A stretch of 64,000 nucleotides of DNA, from positions 124,001-188,000 of IMG/VR virus record IMGVR_UViG_3300045999_010033. The stretch is one strand, 5' to 3'. Each line of letters begins with the position of its first letter. The first letter of the stretch is position 1. The notes beneath the pieces were generated by a model. The model was given only the letters and a program-made list of their open reading frames with translations, had not been told where the DNA came from and made no database searches. Below, one piece after another: positions 46,873 to 55,714 of this stretch. The translations under genes and the position numbers were made by a program.

Positions 46873-47030
46873 AATTTTTTACTTTTTTGATTTGTGAAGT
46901 TATTGTAGGGGAACTTCAATAGAATTTAGTTAGTTGTTCGGTCACCACTTATAGGGAAGGGTATTCATTAACTAACGAAGTTTAATCACATAATAAAAAA
47001 TGTGATATTTGAGTATAAATATCACATTTT
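46873..47030 (-). promoter_or_regulatory. structured 5' leader / operator region of the scaffold-capsid operon
   Basis: Perfect 14-bp inverted repeat 46997-47030 overlapping TATTTATA (47014-47021); alternative ATCACAT/ATGTGAT pairing (46985-47006); stems GTTAGTT/AACTAAC (46929-46976) and TGAAGTT/AACTTCA (46895-46918). Confidence 0.55.
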
Positions 47031-47050
47031 ATAAAAAACATAAAATTAAT

Positions 47051-47485
47051 TTACCAATTTATATTATCTACTTTATTTTTTATAGTTGTTGCAACTCCAC
47101 GTTCTTTTGCTTCTTCGTTCATTGCCTTTGTTAACACCTTTCTTAACTCACGTATAAGTTCATCGTAATTTATATCAGTATTATTTTCGTAAGATGTAAG
47201 TTGTGCCTTTGTTTCTGGTAGTTCCATTATATAATCTATAAGGTGTGTTCCTGCACCATTTTTTTCAACATATTTATCAATTTTTTTTAAAAAACTATTT
47301 GTGTTACTAAAGTTTTTTAATATTTTTTTAAGTGCCCTTTGAACTTCAACACTTCTTCCGTTATAATATGCATCTATATTATCTGCAAGTTTACTAAACA
47401 AACCGGTTACCCAAGCTAGTATCAGTATTCCACCTAAAATAGCCACCAATGAAAATTCGTTCAATTGTTTTTTATTTGTTTTCAT
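47051..47485 (-). CDS. hypothetical protein with an N-terminal transmembrane helix
   Basis: Start moved to MKTNKKQLNE (1 nt after the ferritin stop); hydrophobic FSLVAILGGILILAWVTGLF. Confidence 0.7.
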   Translation of the reverse strand: MKTNKKQLNEFSLVAILGGILILAWVTGLFSKLADNIDAYYNGRSVEVQRALKKILKNFSNTNSFLKKIDKYVEKNGAGTHLIDYIMELPETKAQLTSYENNTDINYDELIRELRKVLTKAMNEEAKERGVATTIKNKVDNINW

Positions 47486-47486
47486 T

Positions 47487-48017
47487 TTATTTGAAATATA
47501 TTTCTTCAAAGTGAAGTATATCCAATAGGTTTGTTGGGTCTATTAATTGTGCCGCATTTAGAAGGTCTGAAAATTCTGTTATTGATTCGAATTGTCCTTT
47601 TCTAAATTCTTCTAGAAAATCAAACGTTGTAATATCTTTTTGCATAATCTCAACTGAATCCGCATTGTATTTTGTGAATAGGTCGTATTCCAATGCGTAA
47701 GATTTATTTACTATATCAATCAATCCTGTGAAATTAATGTTTGGTTTTACGGCCGGCATAGTTGGATTTATATTCCAATCTACAAGGTATTGTTGAAGTT
47801 TTTCGGCATGTCCCAATTCATTGGCTGCTTCTTTTTCAAAGAATGCTGCAGCATTGTTATATCCAACACCTTTGCACCAATTCGATGCAATACGATAAAA
47901 GAAGTGTGCAGTATATTCATCTACCAATCTATCGTTGATAATCTTTACCGATGCTGGGTTAAGCTCTTTTGGATTTAGAGCCTTTGCCATTGTCAATGCT
48001 TTGATATTTGTTGCCAT
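47487..48017 (-). CDS. ftnA: ferritin (FtnA-like)
   Basis: Start moved to MATNIK. Ferroxidase pattern DEYTAHFFY, FFEKEAANELGHAEKL, ALE, GQFES matches the E/Y/E..H/E/Q..E ligands. Confidence 0.85.
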   Translation of the reverse strand: MATNIKALTMAKALNPKELNPASVKIINDRLVDEYTAHFFYRIASNWCKGVGYNNAAAFFEKEAANELGHAEKLQQYLVDWNINPTMPAVKPNINFTGLIDIVNKSYALEYDLFTKYNADSVEIMQKDITTFDFLEEFRKGQFESITEFSDLLNAAQLIDPTNLLDILHFEEIYFK

Positions 48018-48021
48018 AAAC

Positions 48022-48270
48022 TTAATGTAATTTTTGTTTTTCTCCTTTAATATAAGAAATAAATGCATTCATTGATGATGAATCTCTAAATACTATTTGT
48101 TTCTTATCTTTATCGTAACTTTTTATATCTCTTTGAATTTGTGCCAACGCAGGATTTTGATACATTGTAGATAGTGTTTTCCATACTCTTTCCCATACTT
48201 GCGGGTTTTGAATTGTTAGTGTACTATCGGTTGCCCCATCATTTGCGTTATAATCAAATTCTTCTTTTAT
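48022..48270 (-). CDS. 82-codon start-less open frame continuing the upstream gene across an A10 run (programmed slippage or homopolymer error)
   Basis: IKEEFDYNANDGATDSTLTIQNPQVWERVWKTLSTMYQNPALAQIQRDIKSYDKDKKQIVFRDSSSMNAFISYIKGEKQKLH*; ends 4 nt before the ferritin ATG. Confidence 0.6.
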   Translation of the reverse strand: MKEEFDYNANDGATDSTLTIQNPQVWERVWKTLSTMYQNPALAQIQRDIKSYDKDKKQIVFRDSSSMNAFISYIKGEKQKLH

Positions 48271-48683
48271 TTTTTTTTTAGTCCAAGCCTTTCTTGCATT
48301 TGCTCATGTGAAATATCGGCGATTTCAAAATATCTTCCGAGAACGTGTCCCATATCTTCATATAGGGCTTCAAGTCTTTGTTCTTGCTGATGTGCTATAC
48401 TTGATTCTTTTTCAAACTTTTCTTGTAAGGATTTTAATTCTTTCATATTACGTTTGATAGTAACACGGTCAAACCAATCTCCACCCTCTCTCAATGTGTA
48501 TTCTTGTGCAGCATCTGCAATAGCACCAAGTGTTTCGGCAATTTGACGAATATCAGATTTACGATTAATACTTTCTCTATGTGTGCCGAATGTAGATATT
48601 ATTTCCAAAAAGTGTTTTTTAACTTCGGAAGGTAATTGTTGAAACTCTTCGGATTCTTTCAGTAAATCTTTTAATCGTATCAT
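48267..48683 (-). CDS. putative internal head protein with MIRLKDLLKE leader
   Basis: 138 aa; stop immediately follows the A10 run. Confidence 0.8.
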   Translation of the reverse strand: MIRLKDLLKESEEFQQLPSEVKKHFLEIISTFGTHRESINRKSDIRQIAETLGAIADAAQEYTLREGGDWFDRVTIKRNMKELKSLQEKFEKESSIAHQQEQRLEALYEDMGHVLGRYFEIADISHEQMQERLGLKKK

Positions 48684-48704
48684 TGTTTATATTTAATATA
48701 TTAA

Positions 48705-49259
48705 TTAAAACTCATCATTACCGTACGCCTTAATAAGTTGCATCAATCCATCGTAAGTTTTAGAAGAACCCTCTGGCTTATATTCACCATATCTACTATT
48801 AAACTTTACTTTGACGGAATCTTTATCAGGATGACTTAACCAAACATTTTGTGTTGTATTTGATGTTTTTACAACAACTCCATTTTTATATTTTTTTGTA
48901 TCAAACGCTTTCCACTCTCGGCCGGCTGGCTTTGGCTGTGATTTTGGTCTTTCAAATTTTTGGTATGGCTTATCACCCTTTCCGTACTCGCCGGCTGCAA
49001 ATTTATTAACAAGATTATTTAAACCGGTTACATCACCACGATATCCATCTGCGTTTGCAGGAGTTCTCCATCTATCAGTTGCTGCTCCATCTTTTTTGAA
49101 CTGCATAGTTCCATATTTTGGATGGCTTAAAGTTACATACTTATCGGCGGTTCTTACTGATACCCCATTTTTGAAATTTAATACACTTTCATTAATGGTG
49201 GAGATTTTTTTAATCTCCTCACGAATTATTTGTCTTAATTGTGATACTGTGATTTTCAT
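48705..49259 (-). CDS. putative internal head protein (184 aa, basic, two similar domains)
   Basis: Leader MKITVSQLRQIIREEIKKISTINE; motif FKNGVSVRT..K.V.LSHP repeated as YKNGVVVKT..N.WLSHP. Confidence 0.7.
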   Translation of the reverse strand: MKITVSQLRQIIREEIKKISTINESVLNFKNGVSVRTADKYVTLSHPKYGTMQFKKDGAATDRWRTPANADGYRGDVTGLNNLVNKFAAGEYGKGDKPYQKFERPKSQPKPAGREWKAFDTKKYKNGVVVKTSNTTQNVWLSHPDKDSVKVKFNSRYGEYKPEGSSKTYDGLMQLIKAYGNDEF

Positions 49260-49285
49260 TGTTTTTTTTTTTGATTAATAAAAAT

Positions 49286-49753
49286 TTATTTTTTATGAGA
49301 TTGGTATCCTTTATTTTTCATCCAATTAGTTAATGCGTATGGATTATCAATGCCCGGCTTATCTTTCATTGCTTTAACGGTTCCTTCCCATCCTTCGGGT
49401 GCCTTTTCGGAAATATTTTCTCCTCTAAATCCACTCATTCCATCTCCTTTCGTATTTCCTTGAAACCCAGCACCTACATCATTTTTTTTTTGACCGCCGA
49501 ATGCATCTGCTTGCTTAATCTTTTGGATAGCCCTCATTACTTCTTGCTTATCCATATTAAGGCCATCAATTATTTTTGCAATTACAAGTACTTCTTTTTT
49601 ACGAGGAAGATTGTAAGTTTTTAATTGAGATGTAAGTTTTTCTAAAAATCGGTTTACAGCCGTTGGAAGATTAACATCCAAATCATCAAGTGCTTCTTTT
49701 TGAATTGGTTTTTTATTTTCTTTTATAAGGCCTTTTAGTTTTATTGGTTTCAT
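49286..49753 (-). CDS. putative internal head protein (155 aa)
   Basis: Leader MKPIKLKGLIKE; C-terminal module after ISE (KAPEGWEGTVKAMK...NPYALTNWMK). Confidence 0.75.
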   Translation of the reverse strand: MKPIKLKGLIKENKKPIQKEALDDLDVNLPTAVNRFLEKLTSQLKTYNLPRKKEVLVIAKIIDGLNMDKQEVMRAIQKIKQADAFGGQKKNDVGAGFQGNTKGDGMSGFRGENISEKAPEGWEGTVKAMKDKPGIDNPYALTNWMKNKGYQSHKK

Positions 49754-49773
49754 ATTTTTTGATTATTATTTTA

Positions 49774-50046
49774 TTAGTTAACAACTATATCCCAATACTT
49801 AGAAGTTTCTTTTTTTGGCATTGATGTGTTTGTATATTTTGGACTAAGACTGTATATACGACGTCCTCCATTAATAGTACGAGAATATGTATAGTATTTC
49901 GGATTTGGTAGATCATTTGTTCCATCAACTTCAAGTGGTAGCATGCCTCGTTTACGTCTTTGCCTATGTAGCGGATTATGCTTTTCGGCTTCATTCAGTT
50001 TTTGTATTCTATTAGGAATGAGTTTCATTAATTGCATGCTAATCAT
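49774..50046 (-). CDS. hypothetical basic protein (~90 aa)
   Basis: ORF in operon orientation with KLNE motif; start uncertain. Confidence 0.6.
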   Translation of the reverse strand: MISMQLMKLIPNRIQKLNEAEKHNPLHRQRRKRGMLPLEVDGTNDLPNPKYYTYSRTINGGRRIYSLSPKYTNTSMPKKETSKYWDIVVN

Positions 50047-50065
50047 TTTATTTTTCTTTATATAG

Positions 50066-50073
50066 TATAAATA
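50066..50073 (-). promoter_or_regulatory. TATTTATA putative late promoter
   Basis: Exact motif in a 31-nt gap after the protease gene. Confidence 0.55.
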
Positions 50074-50077
50074 TACG

Positions 50078-50668
50078 TTAGTTCAATTCAACAATTATTT
50101 CACGCATTAGGTCTTGTGCTTTACACCACTTACCACATTCGTCTGCAATTTTCTGCCATTGCTTACTCTCATTCATTGGTGCCATAAATGCTCCATGCGT
50201 AGACGGGTTCGATACGAAGTCCCAGCCAACCAATTCGAAGTCGTCTTGCACCATTACCGTGCCATCCCTTTGCTCATTAACTGAACCAAGTCCACGTGAA
50301 CTAATACCAAGACGTATATTATTTTTAAGCAATTCTTTTAAGATATTGCCCGATGGTGTTGAAAGAATTTCTACCACTCCACAAACATCATCCCCTTCCC
50401 ACCATATTTCACGAATATTGTGTGATACATTTTTAAGCTCGATTACTGGAGAATCCGGATGGTCTAATTCACCAAGTGCACGTCTTTCCTTAATCAATTG
50501 CTTATATTTTTCACACTCACGCTCTAATATCTCTTTTGGATAACGGCGATTGTTTTGATTGGGTGCACCTGCTCTTTGCAAAACGCCTTTAACAAGAAAA
50601 GTACCATTAGATTCTTCTTTGAGTTTTGCTTCGAATAGGTGGGTTTCTATTAATAGTTTTTTATTCAT
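50078..50668 (-). CDS. gp21: prohead protease (T4 gp21-like)
   Basis: GVLQRAGAPNQNNRRYP, LGELDHPDS (His), GISSRGLGSV (Ser), DFVSNPST. Confidence 0.92.
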   Translation of the reverse strand: MNKKLLIETHLFEAKLKEESNGTFLVKGVLQRAGAPNQNNRRYPKEILERECEKYKQLIKERRALGELDHPDSPVIELKNVSHNIREIWWEGDDVCGVVEILSTPSGNILKELLKNNIRLGISSRGLGSVNEQRDGTVMVQDDFELVGWDFVSNPSTHGAFMAPMNESKQWQKIADECGKWCKAQDLMREIIVELN

Positions 50669-50669
50669 T

Positions 50670-50864
50670 TTACATTCTTAATCTACCTTCAGACTTTGCT
50701 TGATATGCTTTGTCTACGGCATTAAAAAATTTCTTTTTTTCTTCGTCACTCATTGAGTTAATATCTTTCCCAGTTTTATCAAGCATAGTTTTGAACAATT
50801 CTTGATAATCCTGCTCTTCTTTAATTACTTCTCTAACGAGTTCTTTTAGTTGTTGTAAGTTCAT
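50670..50864 (-). CDS. small prohead core-like protein (64 aa)
   Basis: MNLQQLKELVREVIKEE leader; positional equivalent of T4 gp67/gp68. Confidence 0.7.
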   Translation of the reverse strand: MNLQQLKELVREVIKEEQDYQELFKTMLDKTGKDINSMSDEEKKKFFNAVDKAYQAKSEGRLRM

Positions 50865-50876
50865 TTTATTGTGGTT

Positions 50877-51287
50877 TTATTCTGATATTTTTCTAATATG
50901 TTGTTCTAACTTAATCAACCTTTCTTTTATTTTCAAAATGTTTCCATTTGTACGTTTCCAAAATTGGTCATTAGATACTCCGTTTTCTTGCTTCAATTTA
51001 CCATACCAATTTAGAAATTTTTCCATTTCTGCCAATTGCTTATTGATGTTAGAAACGCCTTTACCGATTTTTCGGTGAGCAGGGATATCTTCATTTTTTA
51101 GTTCTAACCAACGATTTTCTTTTACAACGGTATACCCAGTTAGGTCAGCTTGTTGTTTCGCACTTTGCTTTGTATCTCCTCTTTTTTTGAATGCGTTTGG
51201 TGACTGGTATCCTTGAACGTTCCCTGTCACATTCATTTCTCTTACAACCTTTCTTATAAATTCTTTTAATTTACTTTTGTGTTGCAT
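50877..51287 (-). CDS. prohead core-like protein (136 aa)
   Basis: Between portal and protease; basic, coiled. Confidence 0.7.
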   Translation of the reverse strand: MQHKSKLKEFIRKVVREMNVTGNVQGYQSPNAFKKRGDTKQSAKQQADLTGYTVVKENRWLELKNEDIPAHRKIGKGVSNINKQLAEMEKFLNWYGKLKQENGVSNDQFWKRTNGNILKIKERLIKLEQHIRKISE

Positions 51288-52146
51288 TTTTCAATTCTTT
51301 TATTAGTTCGTATGCCATCATAAGCGCGGATACGTGTTGCTCTTTAACACGTTTATTCTGCTTTATTTTTTTTATCTGCCCTATCGTTTCTACTAATTTT
51401 ATTTTTGTAACTTTATCGGTAATCTTCTTTCCAATTTCATTTAGGGATTGTGTAATTTTATTTACTTCACTTTGAATGTGATTTGAAAAGCCGGAACTAT
51501 TAGTCATTCCATTAATATATTCTCGTAGTAAAACCTTTTGCTCATTACTTAGGTCTTTATACTTTGTATTAAAACTTTCTATTAAAATTTTATACGAAAG
51601 AGCCCTTACAGTTTCATCTTGTTTTTTGAATTGTTCCAATACGGCATCTTTTATTTTTGCATCTTTATTCTGTATTGATTTATTTATTATGTTTTCTGCA
51701 ATTGTAAATCTTGAAGATACCACATCGGTTGGATCTAAAATTTCGGATTCATTTATTGATTCAAAAATTTTATAAATTGATGCAAGAACTTTGTAGTTTG
51801 AAACCGATGATTTTAATAAATCTTCTATATTATACGATTCTCTTATTTTTTTTACTAAATTATATTTTTCTTTTGTCAATTTAGCTTCATCAAGACGTTT
51901 GCGTGCTTCACAAACGGTATCAATAAACTTTTCTGCTTTTGCTTCAGAATTATATTTTTCGTTTATAAGATACTGATATAATTTTAATTCTTTTGAAAGT
52001 TCTTTTTTAGAATTAAAAAATTCTTGTAGGATTTTTTCTGCTTTAGATTTATTTTCCGACATAATTTCGGAGGTGATTTGTCTAAGCAGTAATTCAAAAA
52101 TGAATCCTGTATTTTTGAACTTAGAATGTTTAATTTTTTTCATCAA
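51271..52146 (-). CDS. conserved head-morphogenesis protein (291 aa)
   Basis: KIKHSKFKNTGFIFELL start, helical; directly after portal. Confidence 0.75.
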   Translation of the reverse strand: MMKKIKHSKFKNTGFIFELLLRQITSEIMSENKSKAEKILQEFFNSKKELSKELKLYQYLINEKYNSEAKAEKFIDTVCEARKRLDEAKLTKEKYNLVKKIRESYNIEDLLKSSVSNYKVLASIYKIFESINESEILDPTDVVSSRFTIAENIINKSIQNKDAKIKDAVLEQFKKQDETVRALSYKILIESFNTKYKDLSNEQKVLLREYINGMTNSSGFSNHIQSEVNKITQSLNEIGKKITDKVTKIKLVETIGQIKKIKQNKRVKEQHVSALMMAYELIKELKNATQK

Positions 52147-52164
52147 AGGGATAATTTATCTCTT

Positions 52165-52172
52165 TATAAATA
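52165..52172 (-). promoter_or_regulatory. TATTTATA putative late promoter
   Basis: Exact motif in the gap after portal. Confidence 0.55.
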
Positions 52173-52182
52173 TATTTATTGA

Positions 52183-53931
52183 TTATTTAACAGCAGATTT
52201 GGTATCTGTTAGTATTATTTTTTTACCACCAAGCATATCTTTGTATATTTCTTTATAACTTACTTTACGTGGTTTGTATTTTACAGAACCTTCTTTTTGT
52301 TTTAGAGTTTTAATCCCAAGTGGGTCGCGACCAAGTGGATGATCATCTTTACCATATCTAACCGGGTCTTTTGGTCTTCCAACTTTTCCTTCTTCTTCTA
52401 ATTCATCTTTAATTTTTTGAATTTCTTCTTCAACATTGGTTGGTTCTTCTGTTCCGGTTTCTTTAGCAGGATCAGTTCCTTGTGTTTCAATTTGTGTCAA
52501 TCTGAACGCTTGCTTTGTATCTTCCAATACATCAATTGTCATGTCATCTTGTTCATCTTGCGCAAATTTCATAATATTTTCATACATCCACTTTTTAGAA
52601 AACAATTTTGTTTGTTGCATAGATTGTATAAGAGATACCTTTGATGTATATAATTCTATTTGCTCTTGCTCATATATTTTTGATGGAATAGTAAGTTCTA
52701 ATTGAAAATCCAAATCTGCCGCGTTATCCATACCCTGCGCATATAAATGAACTATTGCTATCTTTGTCAATTCGGAAATAAGAACTTTTTGTATTCTTTC
52801 GATGGTTTTGGCGAACCTTACATCTTGCGCTGCCAATGTTGCTTTTCCGTTTACATCTTCTTCATATCCCAAATGTGATTTTGGAATTTTAAGAGCTGCG
52901 AACATTTTTCCTTTTAGGTAGTTGATATCATCTATTGCCTGATATTCCATGCCCTTCAAAGTATCTATGCTCGTACCACTATCGCTACCGCGGACAGGAA
53001 GATAATAATCCTCAATAATATTTTGAATATTATATTTAAGATTGTAATCTCCGGTTTTTTCATCTACAAATGGTGTTTTTTTACTGCTGTTAATGATTCG
53101 TTGCATATAATTATCAACTTCAGTTGGTGGTATATTACCAACATCAACTTTGAATATACGTTTTTCGGGAGCACGCATAATACGATGTATTAACATAGCA
53201 TCCTCCATAAGAGTTAGTTGTTTCCAAACCCGTCTTGCACCTTCTATCATTGATTTTCCATAAGGAAGAAAATTAGAATCAGAATGCATTCTGAAATGCG
53301 CAATTTCATAATTTTCATATTCTTTTTTATTAGAAGCAGAAGACCCTCCGTATGGGTTTGTGTATGGTGCATATACAAACTTTACACGTTGTGGATTTTC
53401 TATATCAAAGTTTTCAACACGTGTAACTTCATATACCGATATGGGAATTACATTAACAATTCCAAGTTCAGGTGCTACTTCTAATTGTAAAAAGAAATCA
53501 CCATACTTTACCAAGTTTCTTGTCCAAGGCCAAAGTGTGAATTCTATGTTTACAATATCATAAAATAAGTTATGAAGAATTTGTTTTACATTTTCATCTG
53601 AACAATGTATTTTCAGTACATCTCCATGTTCATTTTTTGTTGTACTTTCATCTGCGTAAATATCTAATGCCGCAGCAAGAATAGGGTCATGATCCATTGA
53701 ATCATAATCTCTAAATAGGTCAGCACGAACTTGCTGATACGACATTGCCGATTCCAACATTCCACCACTATATTGTGGGGTCTTCAATTTCATAAAACGG
53801 TCTACAAGGTTAGTCGTCATTGATTGATATTCATCAGTATCAATGACCCTTACGCCCTTTTTAGTTCTACGAATAATTGTGTTTGTAGAAAATAGTTTTT
53901 GTAACCTTCCAAAAATGGTTTTATCTGCCAT
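52183..53931 (-). CDS. gp20: portal protein (T4 gp20-like)
   Basis: LEDAM-like QLTLMEDAMLIHRIMRAPEKRIFKVDVGNIP, EDYYLP.RG, IDTL.G, YAALK-like FAALKIPKS, DVRFAKTIERIQ. Confidence 0.93.
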   Translation of the reverse strand: MADKTIFGRLQKLFSTNTIIRRTKKGVRVIDTDEYQSMTTNLVDRFMKLKTPQYSGGMLESAMSYQQVRADLFRDYDSMDHDPILAAALDIYADESTTKNEHGDVLKIHCSDENVKQILHNLFYDIVNIEFTLWPWTRNLVKYGDFFLQLEVAPELGIVNVIPISVYEVTRVENFDIENPQRVKFVYAPYTNPYGGSSASNKKEYENYEIAHFRMHSDSNFLPYGKSMIEGARRVWKQLTLMEDAMLIHRIMRAPEKRIFKVDVGNIPPTEVDNYMQRIINSSKKTPFVDEKTGDYNLKYNIQNIIEDYYLPVRGSDSGTSIDTLKGMEYQAIDDINYLKGKMFAALKIPKSHLGYEEDVNGKATLAAQDVRFAKTIERIQKVLISELTKIAIVHLYAQGMDNAADLDFQLELTIPSKIYEQEQIELYTSKVSLIQSMQQTKLFSKKWMYENIMKFAQDEQDDMTIDVLEDTKQAFRLTQIETQGTDPAKETGTEEPTNVEEEIQKIKDELEEEGKVGRPKDPVRYGKDDHPLGRDPLGIKTLKQKEGSVKYKPRKVSYKEIYKDMLGGKKIILTDTKSAVK

Positions 53932-53960
53932 AGTTAATCTTTATTATATATATACTATTT

Positions 53961-55070
53961 TTACCACTTTCTGCATGACCAGTAACGCGCTTTCCATCTT
54001 GGGCCAGGATTATCACAGTTGTGTCTAGCTCTGAATGATTTGCGTCTTTCAGGATTTGATTTTTTAATACGCATATTTGGGTCTCCGAAGTTTACTTTAA
54101 CAACGTTACCTTTATCATTTTTAACGTACACTTTAAATTTTTTAACATCACCCTGCATTGGTTTGCCGAGCTTTACTTTTCTACCCTGATATTCTGCTTC
54201 AAAAACGCAACCGCATCCTGCTTCATTTAGTGTTCGGTTATATTCTCTCATAAAGACAATAAAGTCTTTGTAGTCATCATAGTTTTCAACATCGTATTCT
54301 ACGGGTTGAACTCTTCCGTAATTAATTTCGGAATCTTTATCTCTACGTTCGGGATGATCTGGATATTCTTCTTTCATAGCTTTTTGTTTTGATATTTCGA
54401 TAGCAGCCAATTGTTTTTGCGCTGCAGATTTACTTGAATGTGTTCCTAATCGGTCTCCACCTTTCTTTGGATATACTGCGTACTTATCTCCTACTTTCTT
54501 AATAGTTTCTTTAACCGGCTCATATCCTTTTCTCTGATTATCTTTTGTATCGGATTGATATCCTGGCTCTACTTCTCTATCATCATCAAAATCATATGTA
54601 TCTAATTCGGCAGGATATCCATAATCGGGTGTATATGAAGAACTCTTATGATGATGCAAAAAATTACCATCACCGGTCCCATGTGGTATGTGATTGCGGG
54701 AGTTAATTGCTTCAGAAACCGGTACACAATTTGGAACTTCTTTACCATTTTTGTCTTTCATTCCAACTTGCTTATATCCATCCCAGCATGGCCCTTCCAA
54801 TAACTCATCATCATCTTTATCTAATGGATTTTCGACTGGAATACGTCCACTTGGCTGTACCCATCCACCTGCGGAAGGGTCGTATCCTTCATTACAAGTA
54901 CGCCATCCACCACCCTTTGATTTATAGTTTTTTGCAGCCCATCCATTTGCATATGCACTTGGGTAAACATCAAATTTACGTTTTGCCGCAGCCTTTGATG
55001 CTGACCATTTTGCTGGGTCAGTCGGGCAATTCTTTTCTAAAAATAATTCTAATCTTTCTTCTATTGTCAT
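53961..55070 (-). CDS. modular basic protein (369 aa) built from small Cys/Trp/Lys-rich modules; putative head cargo polyprotein
   Basis: Modules: KRKFDVYPSAYANGWAAKNYK; GPCWDGYKQVGMK...VPNCVP; TIKKVGDKYAVY...QLAAIEISK; VNFGDPNMRIKKSNPERRKSFRARHNC...YWSCRKW. Confidence 0.8.
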   Translation of the reverse strand: MTIEERLELFLEKNCPTDPAKWSASKAAAKRKFDVYPSAYANGWAAKNYKSKGGGWRTCNEGYDPSAGGWVQPSGRIPVENPLDKDDDELLEGPCWDGYKQVGMKDKNGKEVPNCVPVSEAINSRNHIPHGTGDGNFLHHHKSSSYTPDYGYPAELDTYDFDDDREVEPGYQSDTKDNQRKGYEPVKETIKKVGDKYAVYPKKGGDRLGTHSSKSAAQKQLAAIEISKQKAMKEEYPDHPERRDKDSEINYGRVQPVEYDVENYDDYKDFIVFMREYNRTLNEAGCGCVFEAEYQGRKVKLGKPMQGDVKKFKVYVKNDKGNVVKVNFGDPNMRIKKSNPERRKSFRARHNCDNPGPRWKARYWSCRKW

Positions 55071-55071
55071 T

Positions 55072-55713
55072 TTAGTTTACGGATTTAGATTTAGTATCAC
55101 GACCCGCCTGTCGGGCTTTTCTACCTGCACAGTGTGCTTTTTGGCTGAATCCTTTGGGGTTATCGCAATCAATTGATTTTTTGTAGCCTTTTGTCCATTT
55201 TTCATTTAGTCGGTTTTCGTGCTTTATGATTAACTCACCCAATACTTCTATTAGTCCGACCAATCTTTGAAACCCGATTTGGTCCATTTGAACTTTACCA
55301 CCACATATTTCTTCCATATAACCATTAAATTCTTCACGAGCATCTTCTAAATTAAAACCGCCTTCGGCTGCTTTTTTATAGTGTGGAAGTTTTACAACAA
55401 AATGATGATAGGTAAGAATTGCTACTCCACCCTTTTCTTTTGCATCTTTAGTTATTTTAGTAGCACCTTCTAATCTTTTCTTTGCAAAATCTTCAAAACT
55501 TTCTATTTTTGGAGAGTTTGATTTAACTAGATTTGCGGAAGTTTTTTTCTTTTCATCACCATAGGATTTACCCATAGCCTGCCCAGCGGTAGTTTCTCTT
55601 CCAGCTATCGTCACTTTTGTAGATGGACGTATATCATGCTGCTTTGCATAAGCATCAAATTCGGCTTGAGATTTAAATTCTAATTCGTTCAATATATCTT
55701 TAAGTCTAATCAT
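55072..55713 (-). CDS. putative internal head protein with MIRLKDILNE leader (213 aa)
   Basis: Start moved to 55713 (1 nt after the upstream stop); C-terminal module after LNE (KWTKGYKKSIDCDNPKGFSQKAHCAGR). Confidence 0.8.
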   Translation of the reverse strand: MIRLKDILNELEFKSQAEFDAYAKQHDIRPSTKVTIAGRETTAGQAMGKSYGDEKKKTSANLVKSNSPKIESFEDFAKKRLEGATKITKDAKEKGGVAILTYHHFVVKLPHYKKAAEGGFNLEDAREEFNGYMEEICGGKVQMDQIGFQRLVGLIEVLGELIIKHENRLNEKWTKGYKKSIDCDNPKGFSQKAHCAGRKARQAGRDTKSKSVN

Positions 55714-55714
55714 T

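Noticed and set aside
46997-47030. CRP box (TGTGA...TCACA)
   Set aside because: Half-sites are 16 nt apart rather than 6.
47400-47460. Type IV pilin-like N-terminus (FSLVAIL...)
   Set aside because: Lacks the Gly at -1 and the Glu at +5 required for prepilin processing.
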